Below are positions 45,766-58,826 of a DNA stretch of 64,000 bases, piece by piece. How positions within the stretch are numbered: the first letter of the stretch is position 1; every line of letters begins with the position of its first letter. A model generated the notes under the pieces. The model was given only the letters and a program-made list of their open reading frames with translations. It was not told the DNA's origin and searched no databases. Made by a program: the position numbers and the translations under genes. The DNA comes from the human T2T-CHM13v2.0 reference genome, Homo sapiens: the NCBI RefSeq assembly GCF_009914755.1, contig NC_060937.1; one strand, written 5' to 3'.

Positions 45766-47901
45766 TTTTTTTTTTTTATTGATCATTCTTGGGTGTTTCT
45801 CGCAGAGGGGGATTTGGCAGGGTCATAGGACAATAGTGGAGGGAAGGTCAGCAGATAAACAAGTGAACAAAGGTCTCTAGTTTTCCTAGGCAGAGGACCC
45901 TGCGGCCTTCCGCAGTGTTTGTGTCCCTGGGTACTTGAGATTAGGGAGTGGTGATGACTCTTAAGGAGCATGCTGCCTTCAAGCATCTGTTTAACAAAGC
46001 ACATCTTGCACCGCCCTTAATCCATTTAACCCTGAGTGGACACAGCACATGTTTCAGAGAGCACAGGGTTGGGGGTAAGGTCACAGAACAACAGGATCCC
46101 AAGGCAGAATAATTTTTCTTAGTACAGAACAAAAAGTCTCCCATGTCTACCTCTTTCTACACAGACACGGCAACCATCCGATTTCTCAATCTTTTCCCCA
46201 CCTTTCCCCCCTTTCTATTCCACAAAACCGCCATTGTCATCATGGCCCGTTCTCAATGAGCTGTTGGGTACACCTCCCAGACGGGGTGGTGGCCGGGCAG
46301 AGGGGCTCCTCACTTCCCAGTGGGGGCGGCCAGGCAGAGGCACCCCTCATCTCCCGGATGGGGCGGCTGGCTGGGCGGGGGCCTGACCTCCCCACCTCCC
46401 TCCCGGACGGGGCGGCTGGCCGGGCAGAGGGGCTCCTCACTTCCCAGTAGGGGCGGCTGGGCAGAGGCGCCCCTCACCTCCCGGACGGGGAGGCTGGCTG
46501 GGCGGGGGGCTGACCCCCCACCTCCCTCCCGGACGGGGCGGCTGGCCGGGCGGGGGGCTGACCCCCCAACCTCCCTCCCGGACGGGGCAGCTGGCCGGGC
46601 GGGGGGCTGACCCCCCCCACCTCCCTCCCGGATGGGGCGGCTGGCCAGGCAGGGGGCTGACCCCCCCATCTCCCTCCCGTACGGGGCGGCTGGCCGGGCA
46701 GAGGGGCTCCTCACTTCCCAGTAGGGGCGGCCAGGCAGAGGCGCCCCTCACCTCCCGGACGGGGTGGCTGGCCGGGCGGGGGGCTGACCCCCCCACCTCC
46801 CTCCCGGATGGGGCGGCTGGCCGGGTGGGGGGCTGACCCCCCCACCTCCCTCCCGGACGGGGTGGCTGGCCGGGCGGGGGGCTGACCCCCCCCACCTCCC
46901 TCCCGGACGGGGCAGCTGGCCTGGCGGGGGCTGACCCCCACCTCCCTCCCGGACGGGGTGGCTGCCAGGCGGAGACGCTCCTCACTTCCCAGACGGGGTG
47001 GCTGCCGGGCGGAGGGGCTCCTCACCTCTCAGATGGGGCGGCTGCCGGGCGGAGAGGCTCCTCACTTCTCAGACGGTGCGGTTGCCAGGTGGAGGGTCTC
47101 CTCACTTCTCAGACGGGGCGGCTGGGCAGAGACGCTCCTCACCTCCCAGACGGGGTCGCGGCCGGGTAGGGGTGCTCCTCACATCCCAGACGGGGCGGTG
47201 GGGCAGAGGCGCTCCCCACATCTCAGACGATGGGCGGCCGGGCAGAGACGCTTCTCACTTCCTAGATGGGATGGCGGCCGGGAAGAGGCGCTCCTCACTT
47301 CCTAGATGTGATGGCGGCCGGGAAGAGGCGCTCCTCACTTCTCAGACTGGGCAGCCAGGCAGAGGGGCTCCTCACGTCCCAGAAGATGGGCGGCCAGGAG
47401 AGACGCTCCTCACTTCCCAGACGGGGTGGCGGCCGGGCAGAGGCTGCAATCTCGGCACTTTGGGAGGCCAAGGCAGGCGGCTGGGAGGTGGAGGTTGTAG
47501 CGAGCCGAGATCACGCCACTGCACTCCAGCCTGGGCACCATTGAGCACTGAGTGAACCAGACTCCGTCTGCAATCCCGGCACCTCGGGAGGCCGAGGCTG
47601 GCGGATCACTCGCGGTTAGGAGCTGGAGACCAGCCCGGGCAACACAGCGAAACCCCGTCTCCACCAAAAAAATACAAAAACCAGTCAGGTGTGGCGGCGC
47701 GCGCCTGCAATCGCAGGCACTTGGCAGGCTGAGGCAGGACAATCAGTCAAGGAGGTTGCAGTGAGCCGAGATGGGAGCAGTAAAGTCCAGCTTTGGCTCG
47801 GCATCAGAGGGAGACCGTGGAAAGAGAGGGAGAGGGAGACCATGGGGAGTGGGAGAGGGGGAGGGGGAGGGGGAGGGAGAGGGAGAGGGAGAGGGAGAGG
47901 G
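45766..47901 (-). mobile_element. SVA_D retrotransposon, full length
   Basis: Poly(T), SINE-R, long VNTR, Alu-like domain and (GGGAGA)n. Short TSD actctt at 45760-45765 and 47902-47907 with a TT/AAGA endonuclease-type site. Inserted into an old L1M fragment. Confidence 0.95.
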
Positions 47902-48770
47902 ACTCTTAATAGTTGGATATTGGTCTTGTATTTGTACTATTAAGTCTCTTTTATTTTGCATCTTGTTTTTTTGGTTTTACTTTTTGGAAAATTTGCTTAG
48001 CTTTATTTTTCACTTCCTTTTTTGCAATATTTTAGTTAGGCTAGCGTACTTCCAATTGCCAATAGCCATTTTATTCTGTTTCCTTTTTAGAAATACCATC
48101 TTATTCTTGTTTCATGTGAATGTGTTATCATCTTATGACTCTGAGGATATTAGAATTAGCATTACTCCAAACTCTAAAATATTCTTTTAAAGTTTGCTGT
48201 ACTGTTTCCTCAGGTCTCCCCTTTCTTCTGTATTCATTTAAAATCTCTTTTTTGTGGTGCAGGCTTTCTACACATATTTGGTAATTTTTCAAAGAGGAAG
48301 TGTAGCAGGATGATGGGGTGCTCTGTGAGTGCAGGCCAGATAGCAAGACTCACTTTTCGGTGAAGGACTTTTAGACATGAGTGTATGAGGTTTGTGTGGG
48401 TGCCCTGGGAATACTCCTGGCTGTGGGTGTAGCAGCCTGGCTGTGTAAGATTTTGGTGTAACCAGAAGAAGGGGGCTTGTGAGAGAGGAACCATGTTTCT
48501 TTTATGAAGTCTTTTGCTTCGAACTCTTTATAGTTTATCTTGTGGGGTTCCTCCAGATTCCTAGCCCTGATTTCCTGTGTGAGCTCCTCTGTGTATGGAC
48601 TTCAAATACCTCCCTTTGCTTTCTATGCTTGCCACAGACCCTTTTCCATCATTGATGTCTCATGAGTCTCCTGAGCTCTGCAGGCTGAAACTGTTCCCCT
48701 CCTGTCCACAGGCTCCCCTGTCTCCAATGCACTGGGCTTGTGCCTGCCTCTGCCCTGCCTAATATATGAT

Positions 48771-49228
48771 TGTGATAGTAAAGTTAATGTGTCAACTCGA
48801 CAGGGCTATGGGGTGCCCAGGCATCCAGTTGAACATTATTCTGAGTGTCTGCGAGGGGATTTCTGGATGAGGTTAGCATCTGTATCAGTAGAGTGAGGAA
48901 AGCAGGTGGACTCCCTAGTGTGGGCGGCCCCATCAAACAGTTGAAGCCCTGACCAGAACAACCCTCTGCCAAGTAAGAGGGAGCTCCTCCTGCCCGACAA
49001 TCTTCAAACTGGCACATTAGCTTTTCCCGCCTTCAGAGCTACTGAAACAATGGTTATTCCTGAGTTTCCAACCCACCGGCCTTTGGACTGGAACCATACC
49101 ATTGGCCCTCTTGCCCATTCCCACTGCTGGTGTTGGAGTTTGCCAGACTCCATAGTTGTGTGAGCCAATTCCTTATCATAAATCTCTATATGTCACCTAG
49201 TGGCTCTGTTTCTTTGACACAATGACAC
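48771..49228 (+). mobile_element. MLT2-type ERVL LTR
   Basis: tgtgatagtaaagttaatgtgtcaactcgac...gtgcccag...aacattattctg...gtgtgagccaattcctt. Confidence 0.8.
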
Positions 49229-49743
49229 TCTTATTACAACTGCATTATTATTTTAAAAATGGATTGACATATCTTCTGAGATACCATTTGTGAAGCTAGA
49301 GCCCGTTCTTCCTGCCTCGCAGGCCAGGGCCCTTGCTTAGGCGGCAGCCCCTCTTGTGGGCTTCTCTCTCCCTGCAGCTCATACTCAGAAGGCGTCTTGG
49401 AGGCATGTTCAACTTGTCTGGCGAAAGCAGAAAGAAGTCTATTTTAGAAAAAAGACAACCCCACATCTTAGCTAATGATTCCATTCCTAGTTGTGTGTGT
49501 GTGTTTTAAACTGACTGCATATTTTTACATTCCTTTCTAGTATGGTAGTGGTGTCCCTGTAGGCAGAAGTGGTAAATGTGTTTCCATTTTACAATTGTCA
49601 GTCTGAAGCTAGGCAGCCTTTAGATCGGGTCTTTACTGCTGTTAGAATCCTGCACATAACAGACCTATTTAACTCATGTCTCTATGTTGGATTTCAGTTA
49701 GACACCTGCAGGGATGGGTCCACTTTATGAAACTGTGAGCTGT

Positions 49744-49809
49744 ACACTTTGGTTTTGTGCACTTTGCTATATATGCACACTTTGGTTTTGTGCACTTTGC
49801 TATATACGC
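49744..49809. repeat. 33-bp tandem duplication
   Basis: acactttggttttgtgcactttgctatata(t/c)gc occurs twice in tandem. Confidence 0.9.
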
Positions 49810-50576
49810 ATGATAAACAAAGAAATGTCAGTTAGAATTAAACACTTGAATAAAGTTTGACAATTATGTGAGAAATCCAGAAAGATAGAATAATATAGCT
49901 TGCCCCAGATTTTTAACTCTACAACATGAGGGACGGATAGATATGGCTTTCTACCCAGACCTAAATTAAACATTTGTGTTTTCCATACTAGAAATCTCTG
50001 TGTACCAATCATCTCAGCTCCCGATGTTCTCCCAGCTTGACCACTTCGGTTTAGCTTTCCATCCAGATCTTATTTGATGTTGTAGTTCCTGAACCCTGTC
50101 TCCTTGGGAAGTGTCTTTTCTGACAAGGTATGTCCTCCCCGAGAACCAGTGCCCCCTTGACTGAGGGCAAAAGCGTTTGGGACCTGAAAAGGATGGGTTT
50201 AGGCCCTTGCCTTTGGATAACTCGATCTCAGAGTGGCTGCTGCTCCTTACTTGGTTTGTAGCATGCCAACACTTAGGACAGCCTTAAATCTTTCCTTGTA
50301 GTAGGGATTATTTCCCTCTGTTTGGAAAGAATATACTGAATTCTGAATGAAAGGCCAAATGTGGTATACTTAAATGCAATATGTTTTAGTGTTAGAGTTT
50401 CACACGCTGACCTGTTGCGTTTCTTTTGGGGCAGTGGCTGCATGGGGCCTGAATTGTAATGATTCCTGTACTTGTTGAGGCCAGATATTTTTATAACAAA
50501 TAATTGTTGTTTCTTTTAATTGAAAATTGAGAAGAATCTCATTAAAAATGATCCTTCTCTTGCAGTGCAAAATTAA

Positions 50577-50977
<401 letters not shown>

Positions 50978-50991
50978 TAAAGCACCTGGTC

Positions 50992-51098
50992 ATGCTCACT
51001 TTGGCAGCACATAGACTACAATTGCAATGATACAGAGAAGGTTAGGATGATCCCTGCGCAAGGATGACACACACATTCATGAAGTGTTCTATGTTTTT
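50992..51098 (+). pseudogene. U6 snRNA processed pseudogene (RNU6-family retrocopy)
   Basis: Full-length diverged U6 (atgctcactttggcagcaca...gatacagagaag...ccctgcgcaaggatgacac...gaagtgttctatgttttt), followed by an A-rich tail. Degenerate TSD ataaagcacctgg/ataaatcacttgg; no recognisable PSE upstream. Confidence 0.93.
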
Positions 51099-52899
51099 AA
51101 AGTTAAAAAAAAAAGAAAGAATAAATCACTTGGGTAAAACCTGCTTTTCAATAATGTCACTTTTAATGATATTAGCCATAAATATCTGATATCTTGCATT
51201 TGGAATTGGTTATCTAAGAGTTGTTTTCACTAGAAGATCTTCCTGGCAGCATGCTCAGTGGTCAAAATGTTATCTTCTTCTCAGCTCATGTTTCCATGCA
51301 GGTGTTGAGATAAAGTGTTTCATGTCCATAGTTATTTGTTGAATAATGCATTGAGTAATAGAACAGATTTGGAAATCTGATAGGAGCAGGACAGTCACAC
51401 TATTTAATAGGAATTATAGGTAGACTCTAATTTATGAACTTACCTTCAAAGGTGTATTGTAAATTGATTGGTCAGCAGTCGACTTCCATTTCACTCCTTG
51501 GATGTGTTTTGTGACAGATAGTCTAAAAGAGCACTAATACCTCTCCTGGTCCAATTACTGCATTCTGGGAACAGGCTATGAGATAAAGCAGTATCTGACA
51601 CCCCTTTTTCCTGCTGTAGACTAAGAATTAGGAACATGTTGAAAATATAAATGGCAGTGTTTTAAAATGAACTTAGTGACCTTTTATTTGTAACTGGTGA
51701 GATTTCAGTAGTTTAGCATTAATAAAATGAAGTGAAAATTTCTTGTAAGGTGCTCATATGTTACCATTGACAGGCTCTATTTATCAGTGGGAATTCTTGG
51801 ATTTAAGATTATTTCCAGAATACAATTTGGGAGGGATGGTGGCAAAGCCTAAGGAATTGATGCCAGATGTGGAAGGCCATGGGCTTTGCCATCCATTGGA
51901 ATGTCCTCTGGGGTGGCTCCCAGGTATGCAGTGATGTCCATCAAGAGAAGTGGCAGAGGGCCACTGGGAAGGGCTTTTGCATTTGGTGGTGTTGCTCTTG
52001 TTCTTTCCCTTGATTGGTTGAATGCACTGCTAAGGAATCATTGAATTAAACTGCTTAATGTTTAGTGTTATCATCTTGTCCTCAACTTCCAATCATCTAG
52101 AACTCCTTGCTGAGTGACCATTTGGGAGGAGGAAGGTGAATGATATCCTATCGGGAGCCTGCTAGGATGGAAGGCTTCCAGGACATGGGCATGGAATGCT
52201 GGCCCTGTTCACAAAGTCAGCTTCCGGTGGGGACGCTTAAAGCCTCCTTTATTCTTTCAGTAAATATTGAACGCTTACTGTATGTTGGGAAGATATAAGA
52301 AATTTGTTTTTCCATGGAATGCAGTAGAATAAGGCAATTGTTTTTGACTGTCTTTACACCTTAACATGGATTTACTGTTTCCATTTTGGTGTTGCGTGTT
52401 AAGGTTTAGCTTAATTTCTGTGTTTCTGGAGGCTTGCTTGAAGGGGAAGTTACACTTTGAGCAGCTACTGAACTTTGCGTCTTTTAAATCGGTCTCTGGA
52501 GAACAGCTGTCAACTTCAATTTTTCTCGTAGCTGGAAAATCAGACTCTGGTATTGTCTGTGGGTTCTTGCTTTCTGCTGCATTTCTGGAGGTCAGACTCC
52601 TGTGGTGCCTTGTGATTTGTGAGGATCAGGTAGACCCAGACCCATATTTTGCCAGACCCTATTTTCTAATGGATTGTTTCTGTATGTGCCTAATTATGAG
52701 TTATGGAGTGAAGCGTGTCCAACATACATGTAACAAGATCCACCCCATGAGTTGGGCTCCTCAGAGGAGGGTTTGCAGATAGATATTATTGTCAGGTTTT
52801 GTCCTCTCCTGGGAAGCCTCCAGATCTTCCCATCTCCCAAAAGGAAAAAGGCCAGTGTGTCAACATGAGTGACAAGGCCAATGCGTTGGCCCTTTGCCA

Positions 52900-53412
52900 C
52901 GTTCATTTCAGTTCTCTTCATACTTCTCCACCTCCGTTTGCCCAAATTGGGCTCTTTACTCTCCCTCCTACAGGTGGAGCAACGGGAGCTCTCCCACCTT
53001 GGCGTTTCTGCACTCGCTGTCCCCTCCCTCTGCAAAGCTCTTCCCCTGTGCGTCCATGAGACTTGCTCCTGCTCCTTCACCTCCTTCAGGGCCTAGTTCA
53101 CAGGTCACCTTCTCAGTGAAACCTTCCCTCGCCACTCTGTTGAAAATAATCCTCCTCCCAGCCCCAGCCAGTGTACCCTTCTGTATCCTCCTTCCCTGAT
53201 CTGTTTTCCCCTGCAGTATTCATCACGATCTATGCTGTTATGTGTTCTATTTTTTTTTTAATCTCGTTTCTCCTCTAGAGTGCAATTTCCTTGAGGGTGT
53301 GCGTTTTTGACCACTTGGTTCCCTTTAGTATCTCCGGGGGCTGGCACACTGCCCTAGTACATAATTAGGGCTCAGGAAATATCTATTGCACATGATGGAT
53401 GGATGGATGGAT
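52900..53412 (+). mobile_element. L2 3' end
   Basis: caggtcaccttctcagtgaaaccttccc...ctcaggaaatatctattg..(atgg)n tail. Confidence 0.7.
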
Positions 53413-54467
53413 TTTTGATAAATCCCGGTCATCTTCATGTCACCCAGTTTCAGGAAACACTGGCCTCATGTTTAGAGGGAGACTGAGTGAATCATAGAGA
53501 AATATTCCTGTTTGCGCCTGGTCACTTATCTCCAGCCCCCAAGCTCTAAGGTCTTGGGTTTCCATGCAGCTAAAGCCCCTCCTTGCTGTGACTAGCCAGG
53601 AGGACAGTGATGCTGGCACATGCATTTCGTCACACGAGTGGGAATGTCTTTAGGGGAGGGGTGGCTTATTTACTTGGGTGAATAAACTATCCTGTTGGGA
53701 AGTTCTGTCATTCACCCATTTACCCCTGGAGATGTTTTTCCCCTGGCAGAGTGAATGGTAAAACATCTCCCATCTTATTACATTTTTAAAAAGTTGCTAC
53801 ATAATAGTTGTATTAACACATATTTTAAAGGTACATGTAATAATTTGATACATTCATATAGTGTGTAAAGATCAAATCAAGGTAATTGGGATATCCAATG
53901 CCTTAAATCTCTTCTAGATATTTTGACGTGTACAACAGATTATTGTAAACTATAGTCACCCTGCTGATCTTTCAAATACCAGCTCTTATTTTCTCTACCT
54001 AACTGTGTATTTGTACCCATTAATCAACCTCTCTTCATCTCTTCCTCCGTGCTACCCCTCCTAGCCTCTGGTAACCACCAGTCTGCCCTCTGTCTTCATG
54101 AGATCCACTTTTCTGGCTCTCACATATGAGTGAGAACATGTGATATTTGTCTTTTTATGCCTGGCTTATTTCACTTAATATAATGACCTCCAGTTCAATT
54201 TATGTTGCTGCAAATGACAGGATCTCATTCATTTTTTGTGGCTGAATAAGTACTCCATTGTGTATATATGCCACATTTTCTTTATCCATTCATTCACTGA
54301 TGGCCACTTAGGTTGATTCTATATTTTGGCTACTGTAAATATGCTGAATAGTGCTGCAATAAATATGACAGTGCAGACAGATATCTCTTTGACATATTGA
54401 TTTTCTTTCTTTTGGCTCTATAGCCAGAAGTGAAATTGCTGGATTATATGGCATTCCTATTTTTAGT

Positions 54468-54788
54468 TTTTTTTTTTTTTGTTTTTTTTTTTTGAGATGG
54501 AGTCTTGCTCTGTCTCCCAGGCTGGAGTGCAGTGGCACGATCTTGGCTCATTGCAAGCTCCACTTCTCAGGTTCCACACCATTCTCCTGCCTCAACCTCC
54601 CAAGTAGCTGGGACTACAGGTGCCCGCCACCACACCTGGCTAATTTTTTGTATATATATATATTTTTTTTAGTAGAGACAAGGTTTCACCATGTTAGCCA
54701 GGATGGTCTCGATTTCCTGACCTCGTGATCTGCCCGCCTTGGCCTCCCAAAGTGTTGGGATTACAGGCATGAGCCACCGTGCCGGCCC
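54468..54788 (-). mobile_element. AluY/Sc within L1
   Basis: Antisense Alu, TSD cctatttttta-like. Confidence 0.9.
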
Positions 54789-55592
54789 TATTTTTAATTT
54801 TTTGAGGAACCTCCATGCTGTTTTCTATACTGGCTGTACCAATTTACTTTCCCACCATCAGTGTACAAGGGTTCTGCTTTTTGCATATCCTTGCCAGCAT
54901 TCAATCTTCCCTGTCTTTTTTATAATAGCCATTTACACTGCAGTGAGATGATATCTCATTATGGTTTTGATTTGCATTTTTCTGAGAATTAGTTATGTTG
55001 AGCATTTTCCTGTTGGCCATTTGTATGTCTCTTCTGTGAAATGTCTATTCAGATCTTTTATGCATTTTTAAAACATATTATTTTATCTATTTATTTATTT
55101 TAGCTGTTGAGTTGTTTGAGCTCCTTATTATATTCTGGTTATATTCTCCTTACATATCCCTTGTCAGATGGATAGCTTGTAAGTATTTTCTCCCATTCTC
55201 TGGGTTGTCTCTTTGTTGATGTTTTCTTCATTCTGCAGGAGGTTTTTAGCTTGATGTAACCTTATTTGTCTATTCTTGCTTTGGTTGCCTATGCTTTTGA
55301 GGTCTTATACAAGAAAATCTTTGTCTAGACCAATGTCCTGGAGTATTTCCCCAATGTTTTATTTTAGTAATTCTCAGTTTCAGGTCTTAGATTTGAGCCT
55401 TTAATCTATTTTTATTTGATTTTTGTATAATGAGAGATAGGGGTCTAGATTTCTTTTTTGATATGTAATTACCAGTTTTCCCGGCATCATTTATTGAAGA
55501 AACTGTCCTTTCCCCACTGTATGTTCTTAGCGCCTTTGTTAAAATGAATTGACTATAAATGCATGGCTTTATATCTGGGTTCTCTCTATTTC

Positions 55593-55673
55593 TCTTTTTT
55601 TAAGAGATGGGGTCTCACAATGTTGCTGATCTCAAACTCCAGGCTTCAAGTGGTGCTCCCACCTTGGCCTCCC
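55593..55673 (-). mobile_element. Truncated FLAM/AluJ within L1
   Basis: agagatggggtctcac...caccttggcctccc. Confidence 0.7.
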
Positions 55674-56679
55674 GATGGCTTCTCTATTCTGTTCCATTGG
55701 TCTATGTGTCTGTTTTTATGCCAGTACCATGCTGATTTGGTTACTACAGCTTTGTAGTATGTTTTGAAGTCAGGTAGTGTAATGCCTCCAGCTTTGTTCT
55801 TTTTGCTCTGGATTGCTTTGGCTATTCAAGATTTGTGGTTCCATATAAACGTTAGAATTGTGTTTTTCTGTTTCTGTGAAGAATATCATTGGTATTTTTA
55901 TAGGGATTATATTGAATCTGTCATTTGCTTTGGGTAGTGTTGTCACTTGAATAATATTAATTCTAATCCATGAGCATGGAATATCTTTCCATTCTTTGGT
56001 GTCCTCTTCAATTTATTTCATCAGTGTATTAATAGTTTTTCTTATATAGATCTTTCACTTCTCTGGTGAAATTGATTCCTAGGTATTTTACGTTCTTTGT
56101 AGCTATTGTAAATGAGATTGTTTTCTTGATTTCTTTTTTCAGATTGTTTGCTGTTGGCATATAGAAATGCTACTGATTTTTGTATGTTGATTTTGTATCC
56201 TGCAACTTACAATCATGTCCTTTGTGAACAAGGCTAATTTGACTTTTTCCTTTCCAGTTCGGATGCCCTTTATTTATTTCTCTTGCCTAATTTCTCTGTC
56301 CAGGACTTCCAATACTATGTTTAATAACAGTGGTGAAAGTGGGCATCCTTATCATGTTCCAGATCTTAGAGGAAAGGCTTTCAATTTTTCCCAGTTGAGT
56401 ATGATGTTGATTGTGGGTTTCTCATGTATGGCCATTATTATTTTGAAGTATGTTCCTTCTATATCTAGTTTGTTGAGGATCTTTATCATAAAGAGATACT
56501 GAATTTTGTCAAATACTTTTTTCAGCATCTACTAAAATGATCACATGGTTTTTGTTCTTGGTTCTGTTAATGTCATATATCACATTTATAGATTTGTATA
56601 TGTTGAACCATCCTTACATCCCTGAGAAGAATTCCACTTGATCATGGTGAATGATGTTTTTAATATGTTGGTGAATTCA

Positions 56680-57009
<330 letters not shown>

Positions 57010-57147
57010 AATTTTTTCATCTATGTTCATCAGTGATATTGGCCTATAATTTTCTTGCCTGGTTTTATTATCATGGTAATGCTGGCCTCAGAATGAGTTT
57101 GGAAGTATTCCGTGATCTTCAATTTTTTTTCAAGGCTTTAGGATAAC

Positions 57148-57313
57148 TTTTTTTTTTTTTTTTTGAGTCAGAGTTTCACTCTCATTGCCCAGGCTGGAGT
57201 GCAGTGCCGCAATCTTGGCTCACTGCAACCTTGACTTCTGGGGCTTAGATCCTCCCACCTCAGCGACGTCCTGAGTAGCTAAGACTTCAGGCACACACCA
57301 CCTTGCCTGGCTA
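57148..57313 (-). mobile_element. 5'-truncated Alu (right arm only) within L1
   Basis: Poly(T) plus the right arm; L1 sequence resumes at ggtattagttcttc. Confidence 0.8.
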
Positions 57314-58761
57314 GGTATTAGTTCTTCTTTAAATGTTTCATAGAAATCAGCAGTGAAACCATCTGGTCCTGGACTCTTCTTTAATGGGAGGCTTCTTATT
57401 ATGGCTTTGATTTAGTTACTTGTTATTGATTGGTTGAGGTTTTCTGTCTCTTTATGGTTCAGTCTTGGTAGGTTTTATGTGCCTGAGAATTTATTCATTT
57501 CTTCTTGGTTTCTGATTTGTTGGTGCATAATTGTTCATAGTAGTCTCTAATGATTTTTTTTGTGTGTGTATTTCTGTGGTCTCAGTTTTTATGTTGCATT
57601 TCCATTTCTGGTTTTATTTGAGTCTTCCCTTTTCTTCCTAGTCTAGCTAAGGGTTTGTCAATTTTGCTTATCTTTTCAAAAATTCAAGTTTTTGTTTCAT
57701 TGATCTTTTGTACTTTTTTTAGTCTCAATTTTATTTCTGCTCTTACCTTTATTATTTCTTTTCTTCTACTAATTTTGGGTTTCATTTGTTCTTGTTTTTC
57801 TAATCTCTTAAGGTACTTTATTAAGTTGTTTATTTGAAGTCTTTCTCCTTTTTTGATGTAGGTGTTTATTACTGCAAACTTCCCCTCTTACCATTGCTTT
57901 TGCTGTATCCCATAGATTTTGGTATGTTATATTTCCATATCCATTTGTTTCAAGAAATTTAAAATTTTCCTTCTTAATTTCTTCATTGACCTATCAGTTG
58001 TTGAGGAACATGTTATTTAATTTCCATGGGTTTGTGTAGTTTCCAGGGTTCTTATTGTTATTGATTTCTAGTTTATTTCATTGTGGTCAGAAAAAAATAG
58101 TTGATATGATTTCTAACTTTTTGAATGTGCTGGGACTTGATTTATATCCTAAGATATGGTCTATTCTAAAGAATGTTCTGTATACCAATGAAAAGAAAAT
58201 GCATTCTGCAGCAGTTGGGTGAAATATTCTGTAAATGTGAGTTAGTCTTGTTTTGTCTAGTATACAATTTAACTCCAGTGTTCCTTTGCTGATTTTCTGT
58301 CTAGATGATCTGTCCATTACTGACAGTGGGAAGCTGAGGTCCCCTACTACTATTGTATTGCAGTCTATCCCTTGCTTTAGATATATTAATGTTTGCTTTA
58401 TATTTTTGGGTGCTCTGGTGTTGAGTGCATAGATATTTATAATTGCCTTTATCATTATAAAAATGACCTTCTTTGTCTTTGACTTGTAGTCCGTTTTGTG
58501 TATTATAAGAATAGGTAATCCTACTATTTTTTGGTTTTCACTTGCATGGAATATCTTTTTCCATCTCTTTCATTCTGTGTGTGTCTTTATAGGTGATATC
58601 GGTTTCTTGTAGGCAGCATATAGCTGAGTCTTGTTTCTTTATCCATTCAGCTATATATATCTTTTAATTAGAGAATTAAGTTCATTTACATGCAGTGTTA
58701 TCATTGATAAGTAAGGACTTACTACTGCCATTTTTCTGCTTGTTTTCTCATTGTTTGATAA

Positions 58762-58826
58762 CTTCCTTCCTTCCTTCCTTCCTTCCTTCCTTCCTTCCTT
58801 CCTTCCTTCCTTCCTTCTTTCCTTCC
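58762..58826. repeat. (TTCC)n microsatellite
   Basis: About 15 units; a polypyrimidine mirror repeat. Confidence 0.9.

Noticed and set aside
47902-48200. 5' transduction on the second SVA
   Set aside because: The short TSD actctt abuts the hexamer directly, and the flanks rejoin as one continuous old L1M-like sequence.
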